From Camelus ferus (taxonomy: Eukaryota), in the NCBI RefSeq assembly GCF_009834535.1, contig NC_045697.1, forward strand, positions 54,252,001-54,316,000: DNA of 64,000 bases, in the 5' to 3' direction. Position numbers and translations under genes: made by a program. The notes beneath the pieces were generated by a model. That model saw only the letters and a program-made list of their open reading frames with translations. It was not told the DNA's origin and searched no databases. Position 1 is the first letter of the stretch. Every line of letters starts with the position of its first letter. Positions 25,173 to 38,199 of the stretch are shown one piece after another.

Positions 25173-26619
25173 AGGAGGCAAACATTTTATCCTGAGAAAG
25201 CCTGTAGAGATGGTAGTTTTATTCATAAATCTGAGGCACTTTCTTATGGAAGAGAATTCAGGAATCAAGGAAAGACTTGTCAGCTGTCAGAGCTGCTCAA
25301 AGATGAAGGGATTGCAAGGTGAAGAAAAGGACTTTAAAGCAAAGAAGACATCCCCATCTGCAGAAGGGTTCGAGCACAGACTCTCGTCAAGTGATAGTGT
25401 TCCTGTAACAATGATGACTATTTATTAAGCTCAAGGATGCTACAAATATTTGGTTAGGTGCTTAAGATTTGTTTTGTATAATTCTTACACCCACTTCACT
25501 TGGTAAATCCTGCTTATTAGTAAGCCCTTTTTCACTAAAGAAAATCAGTGAAATAACTTTCTCAAGGTCTCAATGTTAAGAGATGGTGGAGCTGAACACA
25601 AGCACGTCTTCCTCATGGCAAGCCCCATTTTTTAAGCGTTATATCTGTGAGGACTGAATGACTTCTGAGGTTACTTCATATTATTGCAGTTTAACATTGA
25701 GTGAACACTTGAAGAAATCTCATCACATAATTGGTTATTTTTAAGCTAGTAATCAACAAAATTTTCAGATCCTTTTTATAGGAATGGCTTCCAGATTAGG
25801 TGTCACCATTTCAAATTTTTATAAATTATTTGGTGATCTAAATATAGTTTAATAGTCATCATTATTAAATTGCATCTTGTTGATTTGGGCCCAGATTAAA
25901 AACGTACAAAGTTTATTTGTAATCTTCACTTAGTATCTTTCACGTCAGGTGTATTTTTCAGGTTTGTCATCCTCAAATGTAATAAACACAACCTGTATTA
26001 AGCAATATCAGGGCACTGTTTGAAAGCTGTAAATAAGCACTCTCATTTTGGTAAATTCAATGCAAGTTCTATCCTTTGCATTTCCAAGTTTAAAATACTT
26101 AGATTTATGGTAAATTCATCCAGGCATGACTAAGTTGACCAGATCTGTACCAATAAAACTCAAGAAAGACTTGATAGTTATTTTTATGTACAAAAGCAAT
26201 TTTGTATAAAAACAAAATTTTAAATTGCCTTAAGAATAAAAATAATTCCAACACAATTAATAGCTGTCAAATTGGACTTAAATCCCATTGATATGTTTAT
26301 CTTCTTCTTCCTATGACTAAAGCTACCTGTTAAGAAATAATTAGGTTGAGAAATGAGTATTCATACGGGTATCTTTGCTTATCCCTCATGGGGATGTCAG
26401 TTCAATTATTTAGTTAAGGAATATTAGTCTTGTTACTAATGAATAGATTTTGGTGAGAGATGGTATCCTATAAAGAGTAGTGAGAGACAAGCCGACTTGT
26501 GATACTAGGCATATAATTTAATACATCTAGGCCCTATTTTTCTTAAGTATAAACATAAGCTTTAGTAGATGACCTTTCCAATCCTTGGATGTACCATGAT
26601 CCACCAGCTTCTCATCCAG

Positions 26620-27095
26620 TGAATTCCCATCTCACTTGCATAGTACCTAAGCGCTTTATTCATGACCTATAAAACACTCTAAAATCTGGCCCCTGCCTAC
26701 CTTTCCAACCTCACCCCCCACCTTTCTTCCCTTGTGCCATGAACCATAGCCTGTTTGGTCTAAGCCCTTGGGAAGTTTGACTGGAAACTTGTCTTCCTAT
26801 CTTCTCATAGCTGACTCCTCGTCAACCATGTCTCAACCCAAATGCCACGCTCTCAAAAGAGACTTGTCTAATTACCCCCTTGTATTCTATCCTGTTGCCC
26901 TGTTTTATTTATAACCCTTCTCACTGTTGTAAGTTATTCATCTGTTAATTTGTTTTGTTCTTTATCTTTCACTGCCATCAAATACTCCCACCAGTAGAGA
27001 ATTTTGTCTTCTTCACCACTTTATCTCCAGCACTTCAAATAAGTTTCAGCACAACACAGATGTTTAATAGAGATTTGCCAAAAAAATAAATGAAT
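26620..27095 (+). mobile_element. L2 LINE 3' fragment
   Basis: atctggcccctgcctacctttccaacctca...ctcaacccaaatgccac...tatctccagcac...aataaatgaata. Confidence 0.7.
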
Positions 27096-27332
27096 AATAT
27101 TTTATGTGCTTTACAGTTCTAAAACTCAATAATTCTGTATTGGATTTCAGCTCAAAGATACTGTTTGTGTACATTTTACCTTTCAAAATGTTAAGAGTAA
27201 ACTATATTTAAGTGGTCAAAGAAACCTATCATTGCAACCAAGTATTTCAGGATGAAATTTTCTCTTTTATTAGCCTACATGTGATTACTGTAACACAGTT
27301 CATATATTCTGTTCATTTCTAACCTTTTCCAG

Positions 27333-27592
27333 GAAAGCAAATCCAAGTCAATGGACTGTTAGCTTTGGAACAACAATCAACCCTCCATTAATGAAAAGAA
27401 GTATCAGAAAAATTATTGTCCATGAGAGGTACCACTCCCCAGCAAGAGAGTACGACATTGCTGTAGTGCAATTCTCTCCCAGAGTCACTTTTACTGATGA
27501 CATCCGTCGGGTTTGTTTGCCAGAAGCCTCTGCGTCCTTCCAACCAAATTCAACTGTCTATATCACAGGATTTGGAGCACTCTTCTATGGTG
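27333..27592 (+). CDS. TMPRSS11A: TMPRSS11A exon 8: catalytic Asp (EYDIAVV)
   Basis: Acceptor ttttccag| and donor GGTG|gtgggt; 260 bp. KANPSQWTVSFGTTINPPLMKRSIRKIIVHERY...REYDIAVVQF...RVCLP...ITGFGALFYG; Asp codon at 27454-27456. Confidence 0.96.
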
Positions 27593-27689
27593 GTGGGTGT
27601 CTCAAAATGGATCACAGAGCACCTAGCCCTATTTATGGCAGTATGATTTGATGCACATCAATATTATCCTGTCAGATTTTCTACAGTTT

Positions 27690-28200
27690 GTTCAGATTAG
27701 TTAGGGCTCCTGTTTTGCAAGTGACAGAAACTCAACTCAAATTAACTAAAAAAGCAATAATAAAATTGCAAATTTTGCCCTTATAATTTGGAAGTCAAGA
27801 GATGAGTCTGCCTTCAGACACAGTTTGAGTTTGTATGATGTCATCAGGCTCTGAATCTCTGAGTCTTTTCATTAATTACTTGGCTGTTTTCTCCTAGGTC
27901 GCCTTCATATAGAGGGACTCTAGCTCCACATAGTGGCAAAGGTGGCCAACAGCAGCTCAGTGTTTATGTCATCTTCACCTAGTTGATGCTGAGGGCAGAA
28001 CATGTCCCTCTCTTTGCCAGAACCTACTTAATTCCTGAAATGGTTTCTTATGGCCCAGGGGTACTCAGATAGACTTGCTAACTCAAAGACTCACTTCTAC
28101 ATCTGTACAAAGAAAGGCAGGTATGTGATTGGCAGCCTGGTCAGAATCATATGAAACTAGAGAAAGACAGTTTCAAAAGGGAAGATAGAAAAAAATGTTC
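27690..28200. mobile_element. Old MLT1-type LTR
   Basis: tcagattagttagggctc...ttgcaagtgacagaaactcaactcaaa. Confidence 0.55.
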
Positions 28201-28890
28201 CCTCTAACACTAAAATCTATGTGCCATTCTCTATGCAAAGCCAGGTATGCACTAGGTGTGTTGTGATCTTCACACCCACCTTCACTCCCAGACTCCTTCA
28301 CCTTGAGCCCATCTCTGTGAGCCTCCTCTCTCTTTTTTTCATCTCCTCTTCCCCGTAGTTTGCTCCATCACTCATTTTCACTTTCCTCAGTCACATCATA
28401 AAATTTTCCTTTGTTCAGCTCCGATCTGCAGTTGTAGCATAATATGCTTCAGAACCAAACAGACTAATTAAGAGTGATCAGGGATAAGATTACTATAGAG
28501 AGAGAAATCGTCTCTGCTAACAAACCTTCCGTTGCCCTCTCAAAAATGATTTAACTTAGTATACTAACTCAATCTTTTAAGAAATAAAAATGATTTCATT
28601 TTTGAATGTTTGTGGGGCATACTTAGTCAGACACACTCTGGATTCTAAAATCTGGTCCAGGTACATACATATAACAATAGTGAGAGGGATTCTTGAACTC
28701 TGGGCTTGAGAAGATAAGAAAGGGCTTTCTGAGAGTAACATCCATTCACAGAGCTCTAGACAATTTATTTATACACAATAAACTCTGAAGAATAAACCTT
28801 TAATTCTCATTCTCCATTAAGGAGGCTGGTTTTAAACACTGAAATTACTTTGTTTTTCCTTTGTACTTTGTTTTCTTTACTTTCTATAAG

Positions 28891-29033
28891 GGGAATCCCA
28901 AAATAATCTTCGAGAAGCCAGACTGAAAATCATAAGTGACGATGTGTGCAAGCAGCCACACGTGTATGGGAATGATATAAAATCTGGAATGATTTGTGCT
29001 GGGTATCTGGAAGGAACTTATGATGCCTGCAGG
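28891..29033 (+). CDS. TMPRSS11A: TMPRSS11A exon 9: GESQNNLREARLKIISDDVCKQPHVYGNDIKSGMICAGYLEGTYDACR (S1-pocket Asp)
   Basis: Long pyrimidine tract, acceptor ctataag| and donor AGG|gtaggt; 143 bp. The Asp189-equivalent in YDAC indicates trypsin-like specificity. Confidence 0.96.
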
Positions 29034-30399
29034 GTAGGTGGAGAGAGAATATTCTGATATCATTAAAAAAATGTATCTGTCTCAAGAAATATTTTACGTT
29101 CTTTACATTAGTAAAGTACAGATATCTTATTTCAAATTTTTCTAACTGCAAATTTCACAACACAAGCATATTTTTAAATGTTTTATTGAGCAAAATGAAA
29201 TAAGTGAAGAGTTTCTTTGATGCTATCAAATAAACTAACCAATGAAATTTAATTTGCTTAACAGCAGAAGCCCAAAAGTTCATAAAGCAGAATCCCTTTC
29301 CTTAAAGAGCTCACATCTAGAAAGAAAACAATCATGAACAATGAATTCTGATGTGATATTATAAATTACATAATGGACAAATTTTTTATTAATGTGTAGT
29401 TGACTGAGAATATTGTGTTGGTTTCAAGTGTGGAGAACAAATATTTTTGGCTTGAAGGGAACATTTTTGGAACAAGTATTAGAGAGATGAAGCCTGAAGC
29501 ATAAATAGCACCCAGTTATAGAATAAGAGAAGAATACTATAAAAAAGAGAAAAGGCATTGCCAAAATTATGAAGATGTGAAATTACAATTCATATCTGAG
29601 GCAATTCCAAGTAATGTGATGGGTCTCAGCCTGTGGAGGATGGGAGGTGAGATGCAGTTACAGTCGACCAGGTGGATCAGTCCCTTTTCCAGTGCTCCCC
29701 TCTATTGTACAGCATCTATTCTGCGTGAATATTTTCTGACAAAGGTGTAAAGTGTTTTTCCTCCTGGTGGCACTTGCTTTATGAGATTCTTAAAAACTCC
29801 AAGGAGGTGATTCTCCATGGTGAAATGACAGGAACTGGTTTGTTATCAGGTGGCAGAAAGCCGTGCCCAGAGTCCCACAAATTACACAACACAGACACCT
29901 CTGTCAAAAAAAGAGCAGCAAGTTTTGCAGCATCTGGTAAGATGGGTAAGGGCAGCATCTGGTCCATATCTAGCTTCAGTTGCTGAGAACGTAGAGGGAG
30001 GCAGCTGGAATTCAGGGAATCCAAAGAGAGGTTCATGCCATGACAGACAAGTGGAAGGTGGTGACCAGAGTGCAGGAACACACCAGACGTGGGAATCTAG
30101 GCAAACGGGGAGATTAGTGATAAGCCTCAGGGAAGACTGGTGATCATAAAGTGCTTTCACTGGATTGGGGAGCTGAGGTAAGATTCCTGCCCCCTGACTA
30201 TACAGTGAGTAAGTAATAAGAGCTCTAGTCATAGAAAATTGGGTAAGGTATTGAGGAAATGACTCGGGCACAGAGCTCTAAGACAGGAATACAGTCACTG
30301 CTACTGAGTACATGGTAAGGGACCTAGTCTGACAAAACAGAAGTCTAGGCACCCTGCTTAGAGTCAGAAGAAATCCAACATCGGCTTGACAATCTGTGC

Positions 30400-30595
30400 T
30401 GTATATGTGAAATTTTAAGAATAGACCGTAAACATTCTCACACAAACACACAAAGTAACTGTGAGGTGATGAATGTGTTAATTAACCTGATTGTGGTAAT
30501 CATTTCACAAAGTATATATGTCAAATTATCATGTTATATACTTTAAATATATATAATTGTATTTTTAAATTATTTGTCTATAAAGCTGAAAAATT
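30400..30595 (+). mobile_element. L1MA/MB 3'UTR end
   Basis: gtaactgtgaggtgatgaatgtgttaattaacctgattgtggtaatcatttcaca...ataaagctgaaaaa. Confidence 0.8.
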
Positions 30596-30752
30596 TTTAA
30601 AAATTAAAATGTTGAAATTGAACTGAGGCCTTTATAACTTTTGAAATCCATGTTTCAATTAATTATCCTATAATTGGTAATCTATACATTTACTACCAAT
30701 AATAAAGCATGTGGTTCATTAAAATATCTTAAGTAATAAGTTATATATTTAG

Positions 30753-30944
<192 letters not shown>

Positions 30945-32776
30945 TTCCCTATACAAGTTAAACATGGAGAGCTGTATGCAGATCATACATGTATGAGAAT
31001 CCAAATATTCTGTGGATGTAAGTACAATGAAGTGAGATTAAATGACATGATTTAGTTCAACACTGCTTTCATCAATCAAAAACCCATAGCCAATTTAAAA
31101 AAGATCTAAATCTGTAAAGTAGTGGATCAATTTAACCTGGCCTGCAGCTCTTTAAATCATGCAAGCTAGAATATTAATGAGGAGTAGTGCAAATTTCTGA
31201 GGACAATCCACGATATTTTTAGAATGTCTTTGTTAGGGGTGTCCCCTTAAGTGAGAAACTTTTTAAACTCTCAGAGTTCAGGAAACCCTTATATAATTTT
31301 CTATTATTTCTCCAGAGCTCACAAATACTTCTTTTTTTTTCTTGTTCTTCCAGATTTTCCAAAGAGATTTCCCACATTTTCTATTTATAACCCCATTGAA
31401 AGGATCCTCATTTAAAAACAAAGTTATATCTAGGAAACAAAGTATGGTGATAAATCAAGCCAGAAATCTAACTTTTGTCAGCTGTGAAACCTCCCTAATT
31501 TCTTGGTGATTCTTTAACATATATACACACACACAATATACTTAACTTCAGATATACCCAGAAAAACCTGATTAATGAGTAAATATATATAGTAATTAGC
31601 TAATCAAAACGTATTTTTGTTACAGAGGGGAAAGGTGATGGTAGTTTTATGAGCAGTCCCGAAACAATGGCACAAAAATTGGACATTTTATAGATGCATT
31701 TATATATTTGGACCACCAGGAGGCGTCCTTGTACATTAATGCCTAGAAAAAATTGAGAATTTGCTAATATGTTGAAGAATTAATGAGCATTATCTTTCCA
31801 CATAGAAAAAGTTTATTCCTTTGTATTACTGCAAACAATTATCTCCTAAGGCTTGCAGCAATAGCCTGACTATTTCAACCATGAAAACTAGTTTAAAAAA
31901 AATTAAGAAATGTAAATTTTGAGGATTACCATACAGAACACATGAACAAAGTGATCTGAAAGAGCAAATAAACCCCCTAGGTAGTGTTTCATGAAGACAT
32001 TAGGACCGTCAGGCTCATGTATTCCATTATACAATTAAATGAAGATTTTTGTGGAAACTGTTACTCTATGTCACAAGGCTAGCTAAACATCAGGGTTACA
32101 GGCAGGGTGTCATTTACTTACGTGGTTCAAATATAAACCAAACCAGTGGAAAAATCACTTTGTAATAATTTCCCCCACGTGCAACTGATAAGGCATGAAA
32201 ATAATCCTAAAATAATCTAGAAGAGATTTAAAATTTATTCATCACAAAAACTGTTCCGTAACTTAGACTCACAAAATTTTAAAGCTTAGGAGAGACGACA
32301 TGTCACATGCGCCAACATACTCATGGTTCAGAGAACTGAAGGCAAGGAATGTAAATGACTTGGTGAAGCTGTAGGTAATTTGTATCCCCAGCGGTCTTCA
32401 TACCCAGGTGCCAATTTTACATGCCCTTTTCCTTACAAAGTATCTTTATGATTGTCTATATTTATTGAATCATCAGTTGTAGAAAAATTACAGTGAGTTC
32501 TATGAAATGTTTTAAATTAAGAAACTCTTAAGAATTTTAAATTGGCTTGCTGTCAATTTTCTGAACTCACTTCAAGATAAAGTTGCTTCTTCACATGTAA
32601 AATTATACATACACATATAAACTATTCAGTATTATGATGGTAAGATATAATTTTGATTTCTAGTGTTAAGATTCAAGAAATTATCTTAGAGGTAAAACTT
32701 TGCATTTGTTTTGTGCAATATTTAATTCTGGGTCACATGTAAATGAATACCACTGTATCATTTAAAATCTAATAAT

Positions 32777-32782
32777 AATAAA
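32777..32782 (+). terminator. Candidate poly(A) signal of TMPRSS11A (3'UTR about 1.85 kb)
   Basis: AATAAA followed by a T/GT-rich stretch, just before repeat-rich DNA resumes. An alternative AATAAA lies at 31967-31972. Confidence 0.45.
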
Positions 32783-32908
32783 GTTGGTGATTGGAGCATT
32801 CTACAAATAATATCACTGAATCTGTGTTAGACTAATAACATGAATCTTTTTCTCAAATGCTGTTAAAACCATATTTCTTTTAAATAAGTAGTTTGGGTCA
32901 CTCCGAAG

Positions 32909-33125
32909 CAAGATTTCTCAACTCAACTTTCTCACTTTGGACATTCTGGCCTGGATAATTCTTTGCTTTGAGAGTTATCTTATGGACCGTAGAATTTTAG
33001 CAGCACCCCTGACCTACTAGATGATGTAACATACTCCTTCTCCCAAAATTATAATACTCAAAAATATATCCAGACATTGGCAAATGTCTCCTAAGGGGAG
33101 ACTTATCCCTGTTGAGAACTATTGT
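32909..33125. mobile_element. MER20 hAT-Charlie element
   Basis: ggacattctggcctggataattctttg...agcagcacccctgacct...ccagacattggcaaatgtc...gttgagaactattg. Confidence 0.85.
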
Positions 33126-33407
33126 TCCAAAGGAGCTTGATTATTTTCAGAAATGCCAGATCTATCTCAAAATTAAGACACTAAGTGTTCAAAACCTACA
33201 AACTCCTAGTCAAACTGTATGTTCACTATCATGTTCCTAAAAGAAACAGCAGAATAAGTGTTTTTAGTCAGTGGCTATTTCAAATACAGAGTGATCTCCA
33301 CACACAGTGTGCTTAGAGAGTCTCTCTCCTACCCTTACCTTCACTATATTCATGGAGCACCATTAACCATTCCAGTAAAGACAGGTATTCTATGAATATA
33401 CCCTGTA

Positions 33408-33635
33408 GTAGAGTTTTTCCATCTTGACAACAATCCACAGTAAGAAATATATTTTATATCATAGCTCCATAGATACGTAACAAAATCCGTATGTATTAGA
33501 AATTGAAACGAAAGTTTCATAAAACAATACCCACCTTACTAAATACAATAAAATCTAATATTTTCTATTCTGTTTCATTTTTTAAAAATGCTTGCTCCAC
33601 CAACAAAATTGATTTCACAACCTAACCTGCAGTTC
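33408..33635. mobile_element. hAT-Charlie-type DNA transposon fragment
   Basis: ccacagtaagaaatatattttat...gaaagtttcataaaacaatac...aaattgatttcacaacc. Confidence 0.55.
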
Positions 33636-35439
33636 CTATAGAACATTCTGGAATAATCATTCACATTATTAACATCATATTGTTATTATGTCACCTGCTC
33701 CCACTGCTTTCCCCATCTTTAATTTATCTCTACTCTATCCATTTAGCAAACTGTCGCTAGGTTATGATACTATTCAAGAATGCTACTCCCATGGACTCAA
33801 ATCTTCACTGATTTTCCCTTTGCCTGACAAACTGAGTCTAAATCCATGTCACCATAGCTTTTAAGGCCCTTTACAATCTGCCAACAACCAGTAAGTTTTG
33901 TTTTACTTGTACTCAGTGCTCTTATAACACTGAATGTTACTCTTTATTTCTAGAACACGTAGATAGTAGGTCATGCAATGTTCTCTTCACTCTATGAGAT
34001 TTAGCTCAATTATCACCTCTACCAAGAATACCTTTATTATTCCAGACAAAATTACTCTCCATCAAATGTTTTTGTTCTTCCCCTAGAGCATTTCTCATAC
34101 TTTACTGTGTAATATTTTATGTACATTTATTATCTCTAAAACTATTCTAATTTGTTAGGCTAAATGTTGTTTTATTCATCTTTGTATTCCCCATAGTACT
34201 TAGTACAATATTCTGTATATACTATGTTTAGTGAAAGAATAAATTAACAGAGGCTAGTTATGATTTCTATGAAGGAAACACACCTCAGTTCTCAGTTGTT
34301 AACTGCTTTCCAGGGTCACTTTCTTTACACTGCTTTCCAATCTGTGCTGGTCCTGCTTTGCATGTTCTTGAATGTTTCTAAAGACCTCCTGCTCTCTGCC
34401 TACACCAGAAGTAATCAAGATACAGTAGGGCAAGGCTTTGACCTTTCAGGAGACCTTCTAAATCAAAAACTTTTCCCCATATTCTCTTAAATGAGCACAT
34501 CCCAAATTCATAAGAGAAAGTTAGAATGGAGCGTGGAGGAGCCCATTCTAGGTGAGGAGTCACATCACAGCTGAGCACAGCTCTGTTTCCTCTCTCCCAC
34601 GCTGTCTGAGGCAACAAACACTACTCATAGTGCAGAAGCACAAACACTATTTCTGACTTTTCATGAAAACCACTCGAAAAACACCTTGCCCTCACACTGC
34701 CTTTCACTGGGCCATTTTCAGAACCTAACCATCAAATAGGAGATAATTACACCATCTCCTACTTGAATCAAATTCTTTATTTCCTTCTCATTTAGATGCC
34801 TCTGAAAAGAAATCAGATCAACAGCTTAGAGCCCAGGATAAATAATAAAACAAAACAAAACAAAACAAAAACAGACTGGATTCCAAGGTGAACTGGTAGC
34901 TTCTCCCTGTTCCATGACTACAGACTATTCCTAATCCCCCAAAAAACTATCATAGTTTTGAACATTTTTGTTCAAAAGTCTTTAAAAACAAATAAGGATG
35001 AATCAGAGGAAATGTACCAGTATTACTAAAAACAAAAACAAAAACAAAACAACTCAAGTGCATGCTCTTTCAACAGTGAGAATTGTTATCTTTGTGTCAA
35101 AAGGATGTTATTGATGCATTTTCATGATTCCAAATGACCTCAAATCCTGTTCAAGTATACCTCTCTACAATCACATGTTTCATAGATTAGTGAAAGAGTT
35201 CAACACTAATACAAAGCCTGGCCATTGTTGCTCATTTGAATCAGCTGAATTATTAAATATAGGTTCAAATAATCTTTTAAACTATTTGTAAAAGATTATA
35301 CTACCAAATCACACATTTGATGGATAGCATGCATGGAAGCATAACATAGAAGTAAACAATGTGAAATGAAACAGAATTTATTTGAATTCCAGTTCTACAG
35401 CCTACCAGCTAAGCCACTGTGGGTCTGTTATTTGAACTC

Positions 35440-35549
35440 TGTGATGGTTAGTTTTATGTATCATCTTGATTGGGACACAGTGCCCAGATATATGGTTAAA
35501 CAATATTTTGGATGTTTCTATGAGGGTGTTTTGGACTATATTAACATCT
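35440..35549 (+). mobile_element. MLT2 (ERV-L) LTR 5' part, resuming briefly at about 36112
   Basis: TGTGATGGTTAGTTTTATGTATCATCTTGATTGGG...attaacatct, then aaatcagtagact after the L1 block. Confidence 0.7.
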
Positions 35550-35559
35550 GTTCCACGCT

Positions 35560-36111
35560 TCTGAAAGAGAATTGGCAATAAAACTGTGTAAATTTAAAGT
35601 ATACAACATGATGACTTGATTATATATATATACATTGTGAAATGAATACCGCATTAAGTAACACACCCATCACTAACATGTTTATCTTTTTTTTTTTGTA
35701 GTGAGAACACTTAAGATTTACTCGTAGAAGATTTCAAGTATACAATACAGTATTATTAACTACAGTCACTATGCTGCACAGTAGGTTGCCAAGGACTGGG
35801 GAACAGGGAGATGGGGAGATGTTGGTTAAAGGATTCAAATTTCAGTTATGAGATGAGTAAGTCCCAGGAGCTAATATGCACCATGGTGACTCTAGTTATA
35901 ATACTGTACTGTATACCTGAAAGTTGCTCCAAGAGTGGAGCTTTAATGTTCTCATAACAACAATGAAACGGTAATTATGTGAGGTAAAGGATGTATTAAT
36001 TAACCTTATTGCAGTAAACATTTTGCAATATATGTGTGTCTAATCATCACACATACATGTTAAACTTACACAGTGTTACATGTCAATTATGCCTCAATAA
36101 AACTGGGGAGA
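35560..36111. mobile_element. Two L1MA-like 3' ends, head to head (- strand about 35560-35784, + strand about 35785-36111)
   Basis: Antisense tttaaagtatacaacatgatg...tattaactacagtcactatgctg abuts sense gttgccaaggactgggg...caattatgcctcaataaaactgggg. Confidence 0.8.
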
Positions 36112-38199
36112 AAATCAGTAGACTGTCTTGAAATTAGCAGAAAATACATAGAAAAAGAAATAGAAAAATCAACCTATTCAAAATAACAATAAAAAAATCC
36201 CACAAAACCAAATCAAGAAACTTTGGATCAAAGCAGGAAAAAACCAAGTTTCATAAAAGGTTTATGTAACTAAAGATCTAGTAGGACTTGCTATGGATAT
36301 TATAAGTAAAACAAAAAACAAAAAAAGTATTCTCAAATACCAACCCCAAACTGAAGATCATAAGGGCAAACACTCTAAATTACAAGGATTTGGTTTGTAG
36401 ACAATCCTGTGTAGCTTATTCTAGAAAAGACAGATCCAGGGGTTTATTAATTCAAATATAGTTAATAATTACTCAGTGCTAGATTGGTACATTTATTAAT
36501 GTTCTATCAAGATTTTAATTAACCAAGATAATATCAGTGTTGTAAAATTCACTGAGAAGATTTCAGCATACTCTATACTTGAGAAGACTTAAGATAGCAT
36601 AGGAAATAACTTTCTTGAAATATTATCAGTGCCAATGCTTTCAGGAAAATTATTTTATATAATATTTACTATTCTTCCACAGTTATTTTTGTGTCCAAGT
36701 TTTCTCATTCTTGATTCAATTTCAGTAATTTTTTTTCAGAAATTTATTTTCTGGAGACAATATTTTTGGTATAATTTCATGTATTCTTATGTCTTCTGTA
36801 TCTGCTGTTACATTATTGTTCTCATTTTTTAAATTGTTGAATATTTGGTGTGTACTTTTTATCAATACAAATTACCCTCTTTATCTTGGTTAATGCTGTT
36901 TTGGACCTCTACCCTTGCCATCTCTGTATAATTTGCCTGCTATCTTTGTTCCTTCTCTCTTCTTTAGCTTTCTTTTTGTTTTAATTGTGTATCTGACAGT
37001 GTACAGACTTCTGATAACTGGACTTTCTTTTTAAAACCATCAGAAGAATCTTTGCCTTTCACTACATCTGTTTAAACCATTCATGTATATTGTGTAATTT
37101 TTATGTTTGGTATAACTCCTTTACCTTTTTTTTCTATGATTTCTTTCTTACATTTTCTGACTAATTTTTAAATTATCTATATTTTATTCCTCAATCACAC
37201 ACCCATCCCCAGACCAATAGAGACCTTAGTAAATATTTCTAATTACTTCCCTTCCTTTGTGGGATGTTTTCTACTTCTTATTAATAATGGTTTATTCATT
37301 CTCTTTAAGACATATATACATTGTTTCCTTTAAGGCATGTAAAAATAAAAATGAAAAAAGTTTTATACTAATATTTAATGTAATTTTATCTCCCCAAACA
37401 CCCCCACTCATCTCATCTAATGAAATTTCCCCCTCTGCCAGAAGCCTGATTTGTGCTCTTGCAGGAAGCCAAGGTGGTTCCCAACAGGATACTAAAAAGA
37501 GCACATACCATGGGAATCTGTATCTATTATTTAATCGATTCTAAGGCCCTTAGAGTTTTAGATTTAGATTTAGATTTAGATTGCATAACTATACATATAC
37601 TCAAAAAAAACTACTTTTAAAATACTATTATATATTCATTAATATATGATGAGACATTATCTCTGACTTTAAAACTATAATTAAATTCCTTCTAACTTAT
37701 CATCTTTGCTATCTTTCATGCCATTAATGTTACTAGAAAGAATCTTCTATACAATAGTTTAACATTTAGCAAGTACCAAATTCTTGCAGGATGTTTATAT
37801 TGTCTTTAATACAATTTTAGTATTAATTTTAAATACTAATTCATGGTCTTATTACTGCTCAAGAATTCTATTAAAATGAAAATATAGATATAAAGATATG
37901 ACAGTGGAAAAAACTATGTCAATCCCATATCACATTCAAATTACACCTAGTCATAACCTGAAAAGAATATACTTCATAGCAAACAAACAAACAAATAAAC
38001 AAAACTCAAAAAAACCTGTGAGTTCTTTGGATTTTTTTCTTTACTTGTCAAGAAAGTGAAAATATATGTCAGGTGATATTTCCAGACATCCTCATTTCAC
38101 TACTGAATGCACAGGATAATATAAGGTATTTTTTTAATAACCTGTAACAATCACAATGAAATCAGTTATTAAAGAAGTATCTCCAGGAAGAAAAAACAA

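Noticed and set aside
29774..30271. Four overlapping ORFs of 70-129 aa
   Set aside because: Expected from locally higher GC content; no recognisable protein features.
34845..35052. (CAAAA)n-type A-rich short repeats, plus (CAA)n at about 57313-57335 and A runs at 24201 and 46366
   Set aside because: Ordinary simple repeats with no associated structure.
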